Positions 17,461-27,202 of a stretch of 64,000 nucleotides of DNA are shown here, one piece after another (within the stretch, counting starts at the first letter, position 1; each line of letters opens with the position of its first letter). Below the pieces are notes generated by a model. The model saw only the letters and a program-made list of their open reading frames with translations, was not told the DNA's origin and searched no databases. The DNA is from a virus: the IMG/VR virus record IMGVR_UViG_3300032304_000700, positions 25,400 to 89,399 of that record; one strand, written 5' to 3'. A program made the translations under genes and the position numbers.

Positions 17461-18899
17461 TACAAAATGATATTGTTTTGTATATTATAAAGTTCATTTA
17501 TAAAGTTAACACCATGTGGTTTTATTTTATGATACTCTAACAATAATTTCTGATTATGAACCAATATGTCTTCCATTTTCCAATACCAATCATGCAATTC
17601 TTCGTTTGACATTGCACATAATTTTTTAATTTCATTGTGAATTGCCAACATTCTATCTTCTTTCGATTCAATTGTGTCGTAAGTTTCATCTATAAAACCA
17701 TCAAATGTTTTAAATCCTAATTCTCTTAATAATTTTAAACCACCTGCAAATGTTACAAATATAAATGGTTGAAAATTTGCAATTGGTTTGAATATTTTTT
17801 CCGTAAGTGATTTGTGTTCTCCGTCTACTAATGTCTCAAATAATATTTCAAAATAAGAATCTAAATGAGCTTTAAAATGCATATCAGTCCATGCATTAAT
17901 ATCACCATAAGTATTTCCACTTTCACTTTGTAAATTATGTGGAAACATACTATACGATGATTTAATTTTTTCAATATCTACATCTAATTTATATTCATTT
18001 ATTAAATGTTGTATAGTTAATACATCCATACCATTTGTAGATAAAAAAGACCAATCACCATATTTTAATAAATCATCATTTATCATTCTATACATGACTG
18101 CCAATCTATGAAATCTGGCATTTCTCATTTTCATCAAATACTTATTTGGTCTTATAGTATTTCTACTATTATTAAAGTCATCTATACTCATTGATAACTT
18201 TAAGTTATTTGATATTCCATCTGCATAAAACCAAGAACTATGGTCTAAACAAAATGGTAAATTTCTAACCTGATATTTTCTTTGATGTGGAGGAAACCAG
18301 TTTTCATATAATTCTTTTGCATTAAAACTATTTACAATTATAAACACAGATGTAGCCGGTAATCCACTATTTTTTAAACATTCGGTTAAAGCATTATGCA
18401 TATTTAAATCTAAAAAAGGTTCCATAGTATAATCTATGTAAATAATTCCTTTTTTTTCTTTTACTTTTTCTAAAACTTCTCTAGAAATGAATTTCCAAAA
18501 ATATGAACCATTTAATTTATCAGCAATTGCATTATTTACCCCTGTGAATTGTGTAAATATTGGATTTGGTCTTATTGGATATATAAATTTTTTGTTTGGA
18601 TTTCTTTCAAATAAAACAGAAGATTCTTTGTATTCTAAATGGTCTCTATAAACATTGGCTTGAAAAAAATACCCATGTGCAGTATTTGGGTTGTGTCCCA
18701 TAGAATCTTCAAATATATCTTTCATAAAAATTTGATTACCTCTTTCGTTTACAGGTGCTTCAAATATTGTAGAATGTAATGTTCTATTAGTGTGTAATGA
18801 GGAGATATAATTTATAATACCAAGTTGTGTATCTAATGCATTTGGTAATATAAATGTTGGAAATATATAATCAAATACAAATGTTAATCTTTTTTTCAT
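17460..18899 (-). CDS. Putative glycosyltransferase with GT10-like C-terminal motif
   Basis: FET...LTEKIFKPI...PFI...LRELGFKTF...DETYD resembles the EN...TEK motif of GT10. Confidence 0.45.
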   Translation of the reverse strand: MKKRLTFVFDYIFPTFILPNALDTQLGIINYISSLHTNRTLHSTIFEAPVNERGNQIFMKDIFEDSMGHNPNTAHGYFFQANVYRDHLEYKESSVLFERNPNKKFIYPIRPNPIFTQFTGVNNAIADKLNGSYFWKFISREVLEKVKEKKGIIYIDYTMEPFLDLNMHNALTECLKNSGLPATSVFIIVNSFNAKELYENWFPPHQRKYQVRNLPFCLDHSSWFYADGISNNLKLSMSIDDFNNSRNTIRPNKYLMKMRNARFHRLAVMYRMINDDLLKYGDWSFLSTNGMDVLTIQHLINEYKLDVDIEKIKSSYSMFPHNLQSESGNTYGDINAWTDMHFKAHLDSYFEILFETLVDGEHKSLTEKIFKPIANFQPFIFVTFAGGLKLLRELGFKTFDGFIDETYDTIESKEDRMLAIHNEIKKLCAMSNEELHDWYWKMEDILVHNQKLLLEYHKIKPHGVNFINELYNIQNNIIL

Positions 18900-18901
18900 A
18901 G

Positions 18902-19693
18902 TTAAGAAAATATTTGAGGCCCTAATTGGTGGGATTTATTAAATGGTATTAAAATTTTTTTAGCGTAAGCTTGGAATTGAGATTCTATACTTCGTGTGTC
19001 AACAGCTGTTAATGATAATTCATATCTTTCTTTAGATTCTAATGTATCATATTCTGGAAAAATTTCTTTTAAATATTGATAATGCATTAATTGTGTAGGA
19101 TGTGTGTCATGTGTGTCTCTATCTTCATATTTTACATAATTGGATTCATTTTCAAAATTTATACGTTTCCAATCATCCATTGCTTCTTTTATATCTAATG
19201 TATCTTTTATATATGTGAAATATTTATTCATTAATTTATTTAATCTATGTTCGTTTTCTAATACAATATTATTCATAGATGTTAAAAATGTATGTTTAAT
19301 ATTTTTTAGAGTTAATATTTCTTTTATGGTTTTTACTGCTATATAAGTTTGATAAATACTCCATTCGTCAGACCACATATTTTCTAAAAAATCCTTTGGT
19401 ATATCTGTGTTCCAGTAAATATTACCACCATGTTTCCAATTGTTTTTATTTCTGAATGAGAATCTGTCCATATTCGTAAACATAACAACTACATAATCAT
19501 CTTCATTTAAAATATTACTAACTTCTATAAATCTATTCATTATAAATGTATTAGATGCACCTCCTTGGCCATAATTCATATATTCTTCAAAATTAGCACC
19601 CATATAATCTGCCCAAGTTGCAGTTACATATCCCGTATAACTACACCCAAATGTTATTAATCTTTTACCAACCATTATTTTTAATTTTTTCAA
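18902..19693 (-). CDS. SGNH/GDSL-like protein 3
   Basis: FGCSYT, NYGQGGASN, DTHPT; probable start at MVGKRL. Confidence 0.65.
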   Translation of the reverse strand: MKKLKIMVGKRLITFGCSYTGYVTATWADYMGANFEEYMNYGQGGASNTFIMNRFIEVSNILNEDDYVVVMFTNMDRFSFRNKNNWKHGGNIYWNTDIPKDFLENMWSDEWSIYQTYIAVKTIKEILTLKNIKHTFLTSMNNIVLENEHRLNKLMNKYFTYIKDTLDIKEAMDDWKRINFENESNYVKYEDRDTHDTHPTQLMHYQYLKEIFPEYDTLESKERYELSLTAVDTRSIESQFQAYAKKILIPFNKSHQLGPQIFS

Positions 19694-20450
19694 TTATAGA
19701 ATTATAAACAATTTCATGCCCGGTCTTTGAGGTATGCATGGTTCCCATATCATCCGGATATTGATGTGATAATTTCATAAAATCTGCATCTACTATATTT
19801 TCATCATTAATATAACCATCAAATCCTTTGTCGTATGTTAAAAATAAATGTCGTATTCCTTTATTTTTCAAAAGTATATGTGACATCACCATCATTCCTA
19901 TATCATATTGTCTTTGAATCTGGTCATCAAATATATTTAAATAATAATCTTTAAGTAATTTCATTTTATCATTACCTTCACTATCAAATCGGGCATAATA
20001 ATTAGATTGCCAGTTAGGATTATCTATACAATTATCAACATAATCTATTATACTATTAAAATTTTCGGTTAATAGTTTCCCATTATAATTTTTGTCATTT
20101 TGCATTGGATTGGGTATGGTGTATTTATAATTATCTTTACCATATGGTGGATACTGATGATAGTTTACATCCGTATTTTTAATTTCTCCAACAAAATCAT
20201 ATCCTTCCTTAAACCACTCCGTTCTATTATATGTGGTCACACCTATACACATGAAATCTATATTAGATATATTTTCCAATGCATATTTTACTTGTAAAGA
20301 TATTGAAAAATTTGAACTGGAACCTTTAGCTAAATTTATTAAATTTTTATTTAGATTTGATGCCAATAAACTGCCATACGGTTCCTTTTCTAAATTATGA
20401 CATCCTATTCCAATATTGAAGGAATCACCACATATAACTAAATTATTCAT
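19665..20450 (-). CDS. SGNH/GDSL-like protein 4
   Basis: CGDSFNIG, NLAKGSSSN, MHTSKTGH. Confidence 0.65.
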   Translation of the reverse strand: MNNLVICGDSFNIGIGCHNLEKEPYGSLLASNLNKNLINLAKGSSSNFSISLQVKYALENISNIDFMCIGVTTYNRTEWFKEGYDFVGEIKNTDVNYHQYPPYGKDNYKYTIPNPMQNDKNYNGKLLTENFNSIIDYVDNCIDNPNWQSNYYARFDSEGNDKMKLLKDYYLNIFDDQIQRQYDIGMMVMSHILLKNKGIRHLFLTYDKGFDGYINDENIVDADFMKLSHQYPDDMGTMHTSKTGHEIVYNSIIEKIKNNGW

Positions 20451-21324
20451 TTATAATTTTATTTTCTTTTATATAATTATACAATTCTTCTGCCCATATT
20501 TTGTGTGAGGATGGTGATGGGTGCCAACCACTATAAACATCTTCTTTATTGTTTAATTCCATAAAACTTTTAAATGTATTATTAATTTTATTTTTTTTAT
20601 AAAATCTAATATCATCGATTATGTTCCACATTGATAAATATTCTTGTTTATAATATTTTCTTTTAATATCATTAGATGACTGATAGGGGTGTAAATTCAA
20701 ATCTAATTTAGATATTTCATCGGTAATGTTTACATCAAACCATTCATTTGGAGATTTTCCCACATTTTGATAAAAAGAATTAAAACACATCCAATTAATG
20801 TTATATGTTCTACAAAAATTTTGAAATTGTAAAATATTTGTAATGTGTCTTGGTAAGTATTCTTCTTTATTCCAAAGATATTCTACATAGTAATCCCAAA
20901 ATATTTTTTGATTTTCTATTTGTAAATTTGGTATAGAAGGCCATATTCTTAATTTTTGAGAATTGTTCTCATCTTTATACCAAAAAGAATTTCTTTCAGG
21001 GGATGACCATCCAACCAATAAAAATAAATCATTTGTAGGTATTTCTTTTGAAATATAATTTGAAATAACAAATGATATAATTCTATTTAATATAGTTCCA
21101 TTGTCATCTGCAGGCCATGCTAAATTTATTAAATTTGCATTTAATTTTTCTGCAAGGTATGTTGGGAATATTTTTGATAATCTATAAGGTGTATTATCTT
21201 CAATCCAATCATATTCTCCCATATGTTTATCGAATGGTTGTGTTTTTATTATATCAGGGTCTACAATTTCTGAACCAAATACCCAACTGTCTCCATCACA
21301 TATTATAGTTAATTTATTTTTCAT
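20443..21324 (-). CDS. SGNH/GDSL-like protein 5
   Basis: DGDSWVFG, NLAWPADDN, VGWSSPER, GWHPSPSSH. Confidence 0.65.
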   Translation of the reverse strand: MKNKLTIICDGDSWVFGSEIVDPDIIKTQPFDKHMGEYDWIEDNTPYRLSKIFPTYLAEKLNANLINLAWPADDNGTILNRIISFVISNYISKEIPTNDLFLLVGWSSPERNSFWYKDENNSQKLRIWPSIPNLQIENQKIFWDYYVEYLWNKEEYLPRHITNILQFQNFCRTYNINWMCFNSFYQNVGKSPNEWFDVNITDEISKLDLNLHPYQSSNDIKRKYYKQEYLSMWNIIDDIRFYKKNKINNTFKSFMELNNKEDVYSGWHPSPSSHKIWAEELYNYIKENKIINE

Positions 21325-21962
21325 TAAATTAATTTTTTATCATTTATAAAATTAACCATTAAATGATTTGCAAAGTCTCTATGTCCTTTGAATGACCAAT
21401 GGTTATCATTTATTTTATTATTAGTTGCAGTTTTAATATTTTCAAATGATGTCCATAAATCAGTAACTTCCCAAAATATACAATTATTAATTTTTTTAGA
21501 ATATAAAAATTTTTCAATAAATGCATATCTAAAATTAGTTCTATCAATGAAAGATTGGTCATTTACTAAATTTAAAAAATAAATAATATGTTCACCTTCT
21601 TCTTTACTAAATCCCAATTGTATCAATAAATCATAGGCCGATGGGGTGATAGTTGTAAATCGTTTGTACAATGGTAAATTTATATTTTGATTATTTGGAA
21701 TATCAAATCTATGATAAAAAGTTTTACCAATTATAACAAAATCATTTTCACCTATTAAATGGTGATTTTCTAATATACTATCTATTATTCTGTCGTTTGA
21801 TAGTGAACCATATCCAAAATTTACAAGTTCTAAATTTAATTTAGATGCAATAATTTCAGCCCAATGAAAATCATTTAATTTTCTATATAATATAGAATAT
21901 TCATCTTCTTCATGAGTTTTATTAAATGTAAAAGAATCACCAAAAGTAAACAATTTATTCAT
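21324..21962 (-). CDS. SGNH/GDSL-like protein 6
   Basis: FGDSFT, NFGYGSLSN, DNHWSFKGH. Confidence 0.65.
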   Translation of the reverse strand: MNKLFTFGDSFTFNKTHEEDEYSILYRKLNDFHWAEIIASKLNLELVNFGYGSLSNDRIIDSILENHHLIGENDFVIIGKTFYHRFDIPNNQNINLPLYKRFTTITPSAYDLLIQLGFSKEEGEHIIYFLNLVNDQSFIDRTNFRYAFIEKFLYSKKINNCIFWEVTDLWTSFENIKTATNNKINDNHWSFKGHRDFANHLMVNFINDKKLI

Positions 21963-21965
21963 ATA

Positions 21966-22835
21966 CTATATTTTACCAAAAGAAGGGCCATACCAATCCA
22001 TTGATAGTTGTCTAATTTCTTTCCAATCTTCCATACTATGTAGGTTTCGGTCTTCCGCTGCTTTTCTAACTAAATAATAATTAGTAGTGTGTTCACCTTT
22101 TGGGTGTATATTCCAATTTACTAAATGTTTATATAATGTAGTTCCAGGTCCATAATAAAATTCTGGTCCATCCATAATTTCAAATGAATTTAATTTAATA
22201 AAATCATTATAAATAATTTTATGTTGCCAACGATACGCTTGTGCAATTATATCCATAGTTGGTGAATCTGCATAAAAAAAGATATCATCAAATGATGTAT
22301 AATTAAATTCTCTTGTAAATCTTGGTAAATATGATGAAGATGCATATGCAACAAATGGTTCTGTTGGATGTATATAAAACTTATTGGTCATTACTCCAAA
22401 TTTATTTTCTTCATCTAATGGAAAATTCAAATCAAATCTACCTTTTATTACTAAATCATAAACAAATTCATTTTCTATTTCATATTTTCTTTTTAAAAAA
22501 ACACTTTTCATAAAACTATAAAAAAGTGGAGACCATGCATTTGTAAATCGTGATTGTTCAAAATGTTCAAACTCCATTAAAACAGGATTGAATGCATTTT
22601 GAATTGCCAATCTATCATTATCATCTAATGTATAAATGGTAGATTCTTCTCTTTGTGTTGCATCGGTTTCTCTGTAAGAATTTATGTCCCAGGTATGAAT
22701 AAAAAAATCAACTTTAACACGTTGTTTTGTATTATTGTTTATTTTTATATCAAAATAATTTAATATGTTTTCTACTGCGTTTTTCCATGTTCTCGATTGA
22801 CCTGTTAAACACACTGCAACTCTAAATGTTTTCAT
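21966..22835 (-). CDS. Putative GT-A-like protein, HTWD/RxD family paralog A
   Basis: VAVCLTGQSR, DFFIHTWD, YDLVIKGRFD. Confidence 0.5.
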   Translation of the reverse strand: MKTFRVAVCLTGQSRTWKNAVENILNYFDIKINNNTKQRVKVDFFIHTWDINSYRETDATQREESTIYTLDDNDRLAIQNAFNPVLMEFEHFEQSRFTNAWSPLFYSFMKSVFLKRKYEIENEFVYDLVIKGRFDLNFPLDEENKFGVMTNKFYIHPTEPFVAYASSSYLPRFTREFNYTSFDDIFFYADSPTMDIIAQAYRWQHKIIYNDFIKLNSFEIMDGPEFYYGPGTTLYKHLVNWNIHPKGEHTTNYYLVRKAAEDRNLHSMEDWKEIRQLSMDWYGPSFGKI

Positions 22836-23587
22836 TATATCAAATTTAGCTTTGGTTCAATTGGAATATTTAATCTTTTTATTTTTATATCAAACATTCT
22901 TAAAAAAAATCCAAAAATTAATTCATTGGATGTATTTTTATTAAAATGTGTCTCATTTAACATTGGTAACATATTATATATGGATGTTATTATATCAAAT
23001 GTATGAGAGTTTGCAAAAAATAGATTGTAATCAATTTTATCGTATGGAAAAGTAAATGTTTTAATTGCCGATGCCGTATAAATAGTTTTATTTTCAGGTA
23101 TACAAAATTGGTCTGCTATTAAATTGTAACTAATTGTATCGAATTCAATATCTGGAGTTATTCTAATACAAACATCATATTCAAAATTATTAGATAATTC
23201 ATATTCTCTTTTTAAATGTGCAGACATCATTAAACTATATAGTTCCGGGCCGTACTTCGATATTAGACAATTTTGTGTTTCATCATTTGTAAAGTTTTTT
23301 CTAAGTTCATTTAAATGAGTTTCTCTACTATTGTATTTATCAAAATTATCGATTATTATTGATTTAGGTTTAATAAAATTTTTAAAATCTTCCAATGAAG
23401 AGTTGTGAATAATTTGGGTTTGATTGTGTTTAATATCAAAGTCCCAAGTATGAACAAATACATCAAATGATGTCTTTTCACTTGAAAATTGTGATAGTGC
23501 ACTTAATTTATAAAACAAATTTATCCAACTTTGATATTTGTTTGGCCAATTGTTTAAATGTCCTGATATACAAAATGCAAATTTCAT
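22835..23587 (-). CDS. Putative GT-A-like protein, HTWD/RxD family paralog B
   Basis: FAFCISG, DVFVHTWD, YDVCIRITPD. Confidence 0.5.
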   Translation of the reverse strand: MKFAFCISGHLNNWPNKYQSWINLFYKLSALSQFSSEKTSFDVFVHTWDFDIKHNQTQIIHNSSLEDFKNFIKPKSIIIDNFDKYNSRETHLNELRKNFTNDETQNCLISKYGPELYSLMMSAHLKREYELSNNFEYDVCIRITPDIEFDTISYNLIADQFCIPENKTIYTASAIKTFTFPYDKIDYNLFFANSHTFDIITSIYNMLPMLNETHFNKNTSNELIFGFFLRMFDIKIKRLNIPIEPKLNLI

Positions 23588-23588
23588 T

Positions 23589-24335
23589 TTAAAAATAAAT
23601 GTTGTTTTCTATATAAAATTGAAAATAATTACCTATACCAGTCATATCCCATATTTTATATTCAGTTGAATTTTTAAAATCACAAAATATTTTATATTTG
23701 TCTTTATATGGTATAGATTCATTTAATATAGGTAATCCCTGAAATGTATCCGTTTCTAAATATTTATTTTCATAATTACTTTTTGCATCGATAACATCTG
23801 TAATTTTTAATTTATCATTTAATGCAAATAATAATTTATATTCAAATGAACCAATATTTTTATATTCATCTTCAGTAATCATATTACCACATCCCAACCA
23901 TATTAAAGAATCGGTATATGTTAGTTTTTTCATATTCGTATATTCTATAAAACAAACAAGATTATCATTTACATATAAATTAATAATTGAATTAACATCA
24001 TCACATATCACTACATATTCATTAAATTCATTTTCTAATTCAGTTGGTAATGTATATGTTGCATTCTTGCAAATAATTTCTTCGTTGGAATCAAAAAACC
24101 AATAATTTAATTGAATCATTGTATTTCCATCATCATTTAATATTGCAGAAAGTCCACAATGTCTACCATTTCTTGCAAAAAAATATGAAGGATTTTCTTT
24201 CATTATAGATTCTTTTATAATTTTTACACTTGCAAAAATAGTAAAATCTTTTTCCATAAAATCATCAATTCTTTTTGATGTCTCATATCTTCCAACTGGA
24301 AGAATACAAAATATATTATCTTTATTGACTATCAT
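23589..24335 (-). CDS. Stand-alone LamG/concanavalin A-like domain protein
   Basis: DFTIFASVK, INLYVND, IWLGCG, IWDMTGIGN pattern; resembles the inserts in the two GT7 genes. Confidence 0.5.
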   Translation of the reverse strand: MIVNKDNIFCILPVGRYETSKRIDDFMEKDFTIFASVKIIKESIMKENPSYFFARNGRHCGLSAILNDDGNTMIQLNYWFFDSNEEIICKNATYTLPTELENEFNEYVVICDDVNSIINLYVNDNLVCFIEYTNMKKLTYTDSLIWLGCGNMITEDEYKNIGSFEYKLLFALNDKLKITDVIDAKSNYENKYLETDTFQGLPILNESIPYKDKYKIFCDFKNSTEYKIWDMTGIGNYFQFYIENNIYF

Positions 24336-24338
24336 AAA

Positions 24339-25754
24339 TTATAATTTAATACTTTTGCAAAAATGATAAAATTCTTCCAATTCAGGGAATGTTTTACAAA
24401 AATCAGTTCCTCTTCTAATATCATGATTAGAAAAATATTGATAAAAATTATATCTGTTTTTCATTTGTTGTTCTATATCTTGTGGTGAAATCATCCAATC
24501 GTAAATTCTTTTCACTTTTTGTACCTCCACATCACTATATCCAATATATTCCGGTGTGAATGATGGGGATGCATAATAGGTTATTAATTTGGATTGTTCT
24601 AAAATATATTTAGAAAAATCATATGGTAAAATTTGAACAGTTTGATGTTGTGGATGTCTTAAGTAAGATGAATCTAAAAATGTTGCAGAATTCCAATATC
24701 TATCGGTTGAACCATATTCTCTTTTTAAATTATAAACTTCAGTAATTAACTTATTATAATTAAATAAACTTAATGCATTATACGTAGACATAAAAGTTAT
24801 ATTAGTTCTTTTTAATGAACCTAATATTTTATTTACATTGTCCCAAAAACGATTAAATTCTAATCCTGTTCTAATATATTCAGCTTGTTCTCCCCATGTA
24901 TCAGTAGATGTAAAAATTACAATTTCTTTAACTCTATCTTCACCTTCTATTATTTTAAGTTTTTCTATAAATTTATCTATCAAATTATCCGGTGCACCTA
25001 AATTTGAATTAATTGCTAATTTTAATTCTTTGTTTGGATTTTTATTTTCAATTATAAAATCTAATACACCCCACGTATCTTTCGATAATAGTGGTTCTCC
25101 TCCGGTAATTCTAAATGTATGTAAATCTCTATATAATTCTGGCCACCACTTCCAAAAGGCTTCTACATATGGATTATATTGACTATGTGGGATTGGGAAT
25201 TTATCTTCAGCCTTTAACCATGCATCACCATTGAATCCATCTAATGTTGGATATGCACCAAATTTATTTATTTCCTCAACCCACTTGGAACTATATGCAG
25301 GGCCACAATATGAACATTTAAAATTACAAGCATTACTAAATGCAACTTCTACATATTTTGGATTATAATCATCTCTCCAATTTGAATTAAATATTTCTTC
25401 TTTAAATGGGAGTGACCAACTTTCTCCTGATTTAAAGATTCTATCACTAAACCTATCCGAATTATCTTCTACATTCCAACAATAATCACATTCGGTGGGC
25501 CTTGCACCACTTAACATTTCTTTTCTACGAAGTTTTTTATATCTCGTATTATGTAGTGCAGATGGATTTCTTGCAATTTCCGTTTCTGATATTTTATGAG
25601 TACGAGGGTGGTGGCATGAGTGATTGTGGCCACTTTGTAATTGTAAAGTTACTTGTGTCCATTTTGCCAAACACATTCCATTTCCTACTTGATTTAAATC
25701 TTCTTTTACTTTAACATAAAATGGATTATCAAAATTTCCTTTATCTTCTGCCAT
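24339..25754 (-). CDS. Radical SAM protein with N-terminal SPASM/twitch-like domain
   Basis: CNFKCSYC, ITGGEPLL, INSNL; N-terminal CLAKW...SCHH...ECDYCW. Confidence 0.9.
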   Translation of the reverse strand: MAEDKGNFDNPFYVKVKEDLNQVGNGMCLAKWTQVTLQLQSGHNHSCHHPRTHKISETEIARNPSALHNTRYKKLRRKEMLSGARPTECDYCWNVEDNSDRFSDRIFKSGESWSLPFKEEIFNSNWRDDYNPKYVEVAFSNACNFKCSYCGPAYSSKWVEEINKFGAYPTLDGFNGDAWLKAEDKFPIPHSQYNPYVEAFWKWWPELYRDLHTFRITGGEPLLSKDTWGVLDFIIENKNPNKELKLAINSNLGAPDNLIDKFIEKLKIIEGEDRVKEIVIFTSTDTWGEQAEYIRTGLEFNRFWDNVNKILGSLKRTNITFMSTYNALSLFNYNKLITEVYNLKREYGSTDRYWNSATFLDSSYLRHPQHQTVQILPYDFSKYILEQSKLITYYASPSFTPEYIGYSDVEVQKVKRIYDWMISPQDIEQQMKNRYNFYQYFSNHDIRRGTDFCKTFPELEEFYHFCKSIKL

Positions 25755-25756
25755 AA

Positions 25757-27202
25757 TTACGATTTTACGTTTATAAGTTTATGTTTGTCAAATATTGTAT
25801 CAGTACTAATATATGTATATTTCATATTATTTATACCATCATTTTTATAATTAATATTACCTTGTTGCATTTCTAATATGTATCTTTTTTCATTTTTTGC
25901 AGTAGTGTCTCCTTTTGCCCATTTATCTATTCCACCAACACTTATTAAACCTTCGGTTTGATGTGGTAAACATTTAAATTTGCCGTCGCGTCTGTATGGT
26001 AATATAGTATGTGGTATTATTATATCATCATTTTCAAAAGAAACATTTTTAATATTAAATTGTGTATTTTCTACATTGTTTTTAATTTTATTATTTGCAA
26101 ATGATAAATCAAATATCATTCCATTTTCTATATCATTTTTATGCAATGATTTTATCTCATTTGGATTTAAACATCTATCCCATATTTTTATTTTAGATAT
26201 ATTTCCTTTAAAATATTTAGAATTAGTATCACTTTGGGTTGGTGAATATCCTATATAAAAATCTTCCATTCCATATCTTTTTAATGGTTCTTCAAAAATT
26301 AATGGTGATAGAGTTCCAGTTCCTAATCTTGCATCACTTTCTCTACCATTTAAATAAAAATGTATTTTTTTATTTGTTGCATCAACTGACATAGTTACCC
26401 AGCTCCATTGGTTTTCATATCTTTTAATCCATTGATATAGATGTTGTTTTTTTCTGTCCCATAACATAGCAGTATATGCTCTACTATTATTGAATGATAT
26501 ACCCCAATCAAAACCTGGTTTTCTAAGAATTGGATATTCACAAAATCTTCTTTCGGTGTCACCAATCAAATAAATAGGGACTTTTTCTATTTGTTGTTCT
26601 GCTTTTACTAATATAGAAACAGTATGAGAGTTTGATATGGCATTTCTTAATTTAATATTAACTGGAAATGATATTTTTGAATTTTTACCATTAAAATATC
26701 CAGTTGTATCATTTTCATTATAATCTAATTTAGTTTTTTCGACATATCCTTCCATTACACATCTCCAAAATAGGTCATCATCTTCCATGCCCCAATCCCA
26801 ATAATCATTGGAATATCCATTGGTTTTTTCTACTTGTTCTTTTGAAAATACAACCGCACCCCCAAAGTATTCCTCATATTTTAATTGATAATCCGATTGT
26901 GAAATACGAACTGCAATATGTTGTGGATTTCCTTCTGGAAATGAATAATCACAACTTTCATCTTCTGGTACCATATCAATATCATGCCAAACTATATAAT
27001 CACATCCATCATCAAATGCATATTTTGCAGCAATGTTCTTCATTAAACCTCTATTAAAAAGTTTATCGTCACATTGATGTGCTAGATAAATTGTATGTTC
27101 AATTCCTCTTTCGGTTAAGAACTTGGATACATGTGGAACAAATATATTCATATGTTCCTCTCTATTTCTATATGGTACGCATACTCCTAATTTGTGGCTC
27201 AT
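25757..27202 (-). CDS. GT7 (beta-1,4-galactosyltransferase-like) with inserted LamG domain
   Basis: VPYRNREEH, FNRGLMKN, HDIDMVP, YFGGAV, NGYSNDYWDWGMEDDD, then LamG, then RRDGKF.CLPH...DGINNMKY. Confidence 0.85.
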   Translation of the reverse strand: MSHKLGVCVPYRNREEHMNIFVPHVSKFLTERGIEHTIYLAHQCDDKLFNRGLMKNIAAKYAFDDGCDYIVWHDIDMVPEDESCDYSFPEGNPQHIAVRISQSDYQLKYEEYFGGAVVFSKEQVEKTNGYSNDYWDWGMEDDDLFWRCVMEGYVEKTKLDYNENDTTGYFNGKNSKISFPVNIKLRNAISNSHTVSILVKAEQQIEKVPIYLIGDTERRFCEYPILRKPGFDWGISFNNSRAYTAMLWDRKKQHLYQWIKRYENQWSWVTMSVDATNKKIHFYLNGRESDARLGTGTLSPLIFEEPLKRYGMEDFYIGYSPTQSDTNSKYFKGNISKIKIWDRCLNPNEIKSLHKNDIENGMIFDLSFANNKIKNNVENTQFNIKNVSFENDDIIIPHTILPYRRDGKFKCLPHQTEGLISVGGIDKWAKGDTTAKNEKRYILEMQQGNINYKNDGINNMKYTYISTDTIFDKHKLINVKS

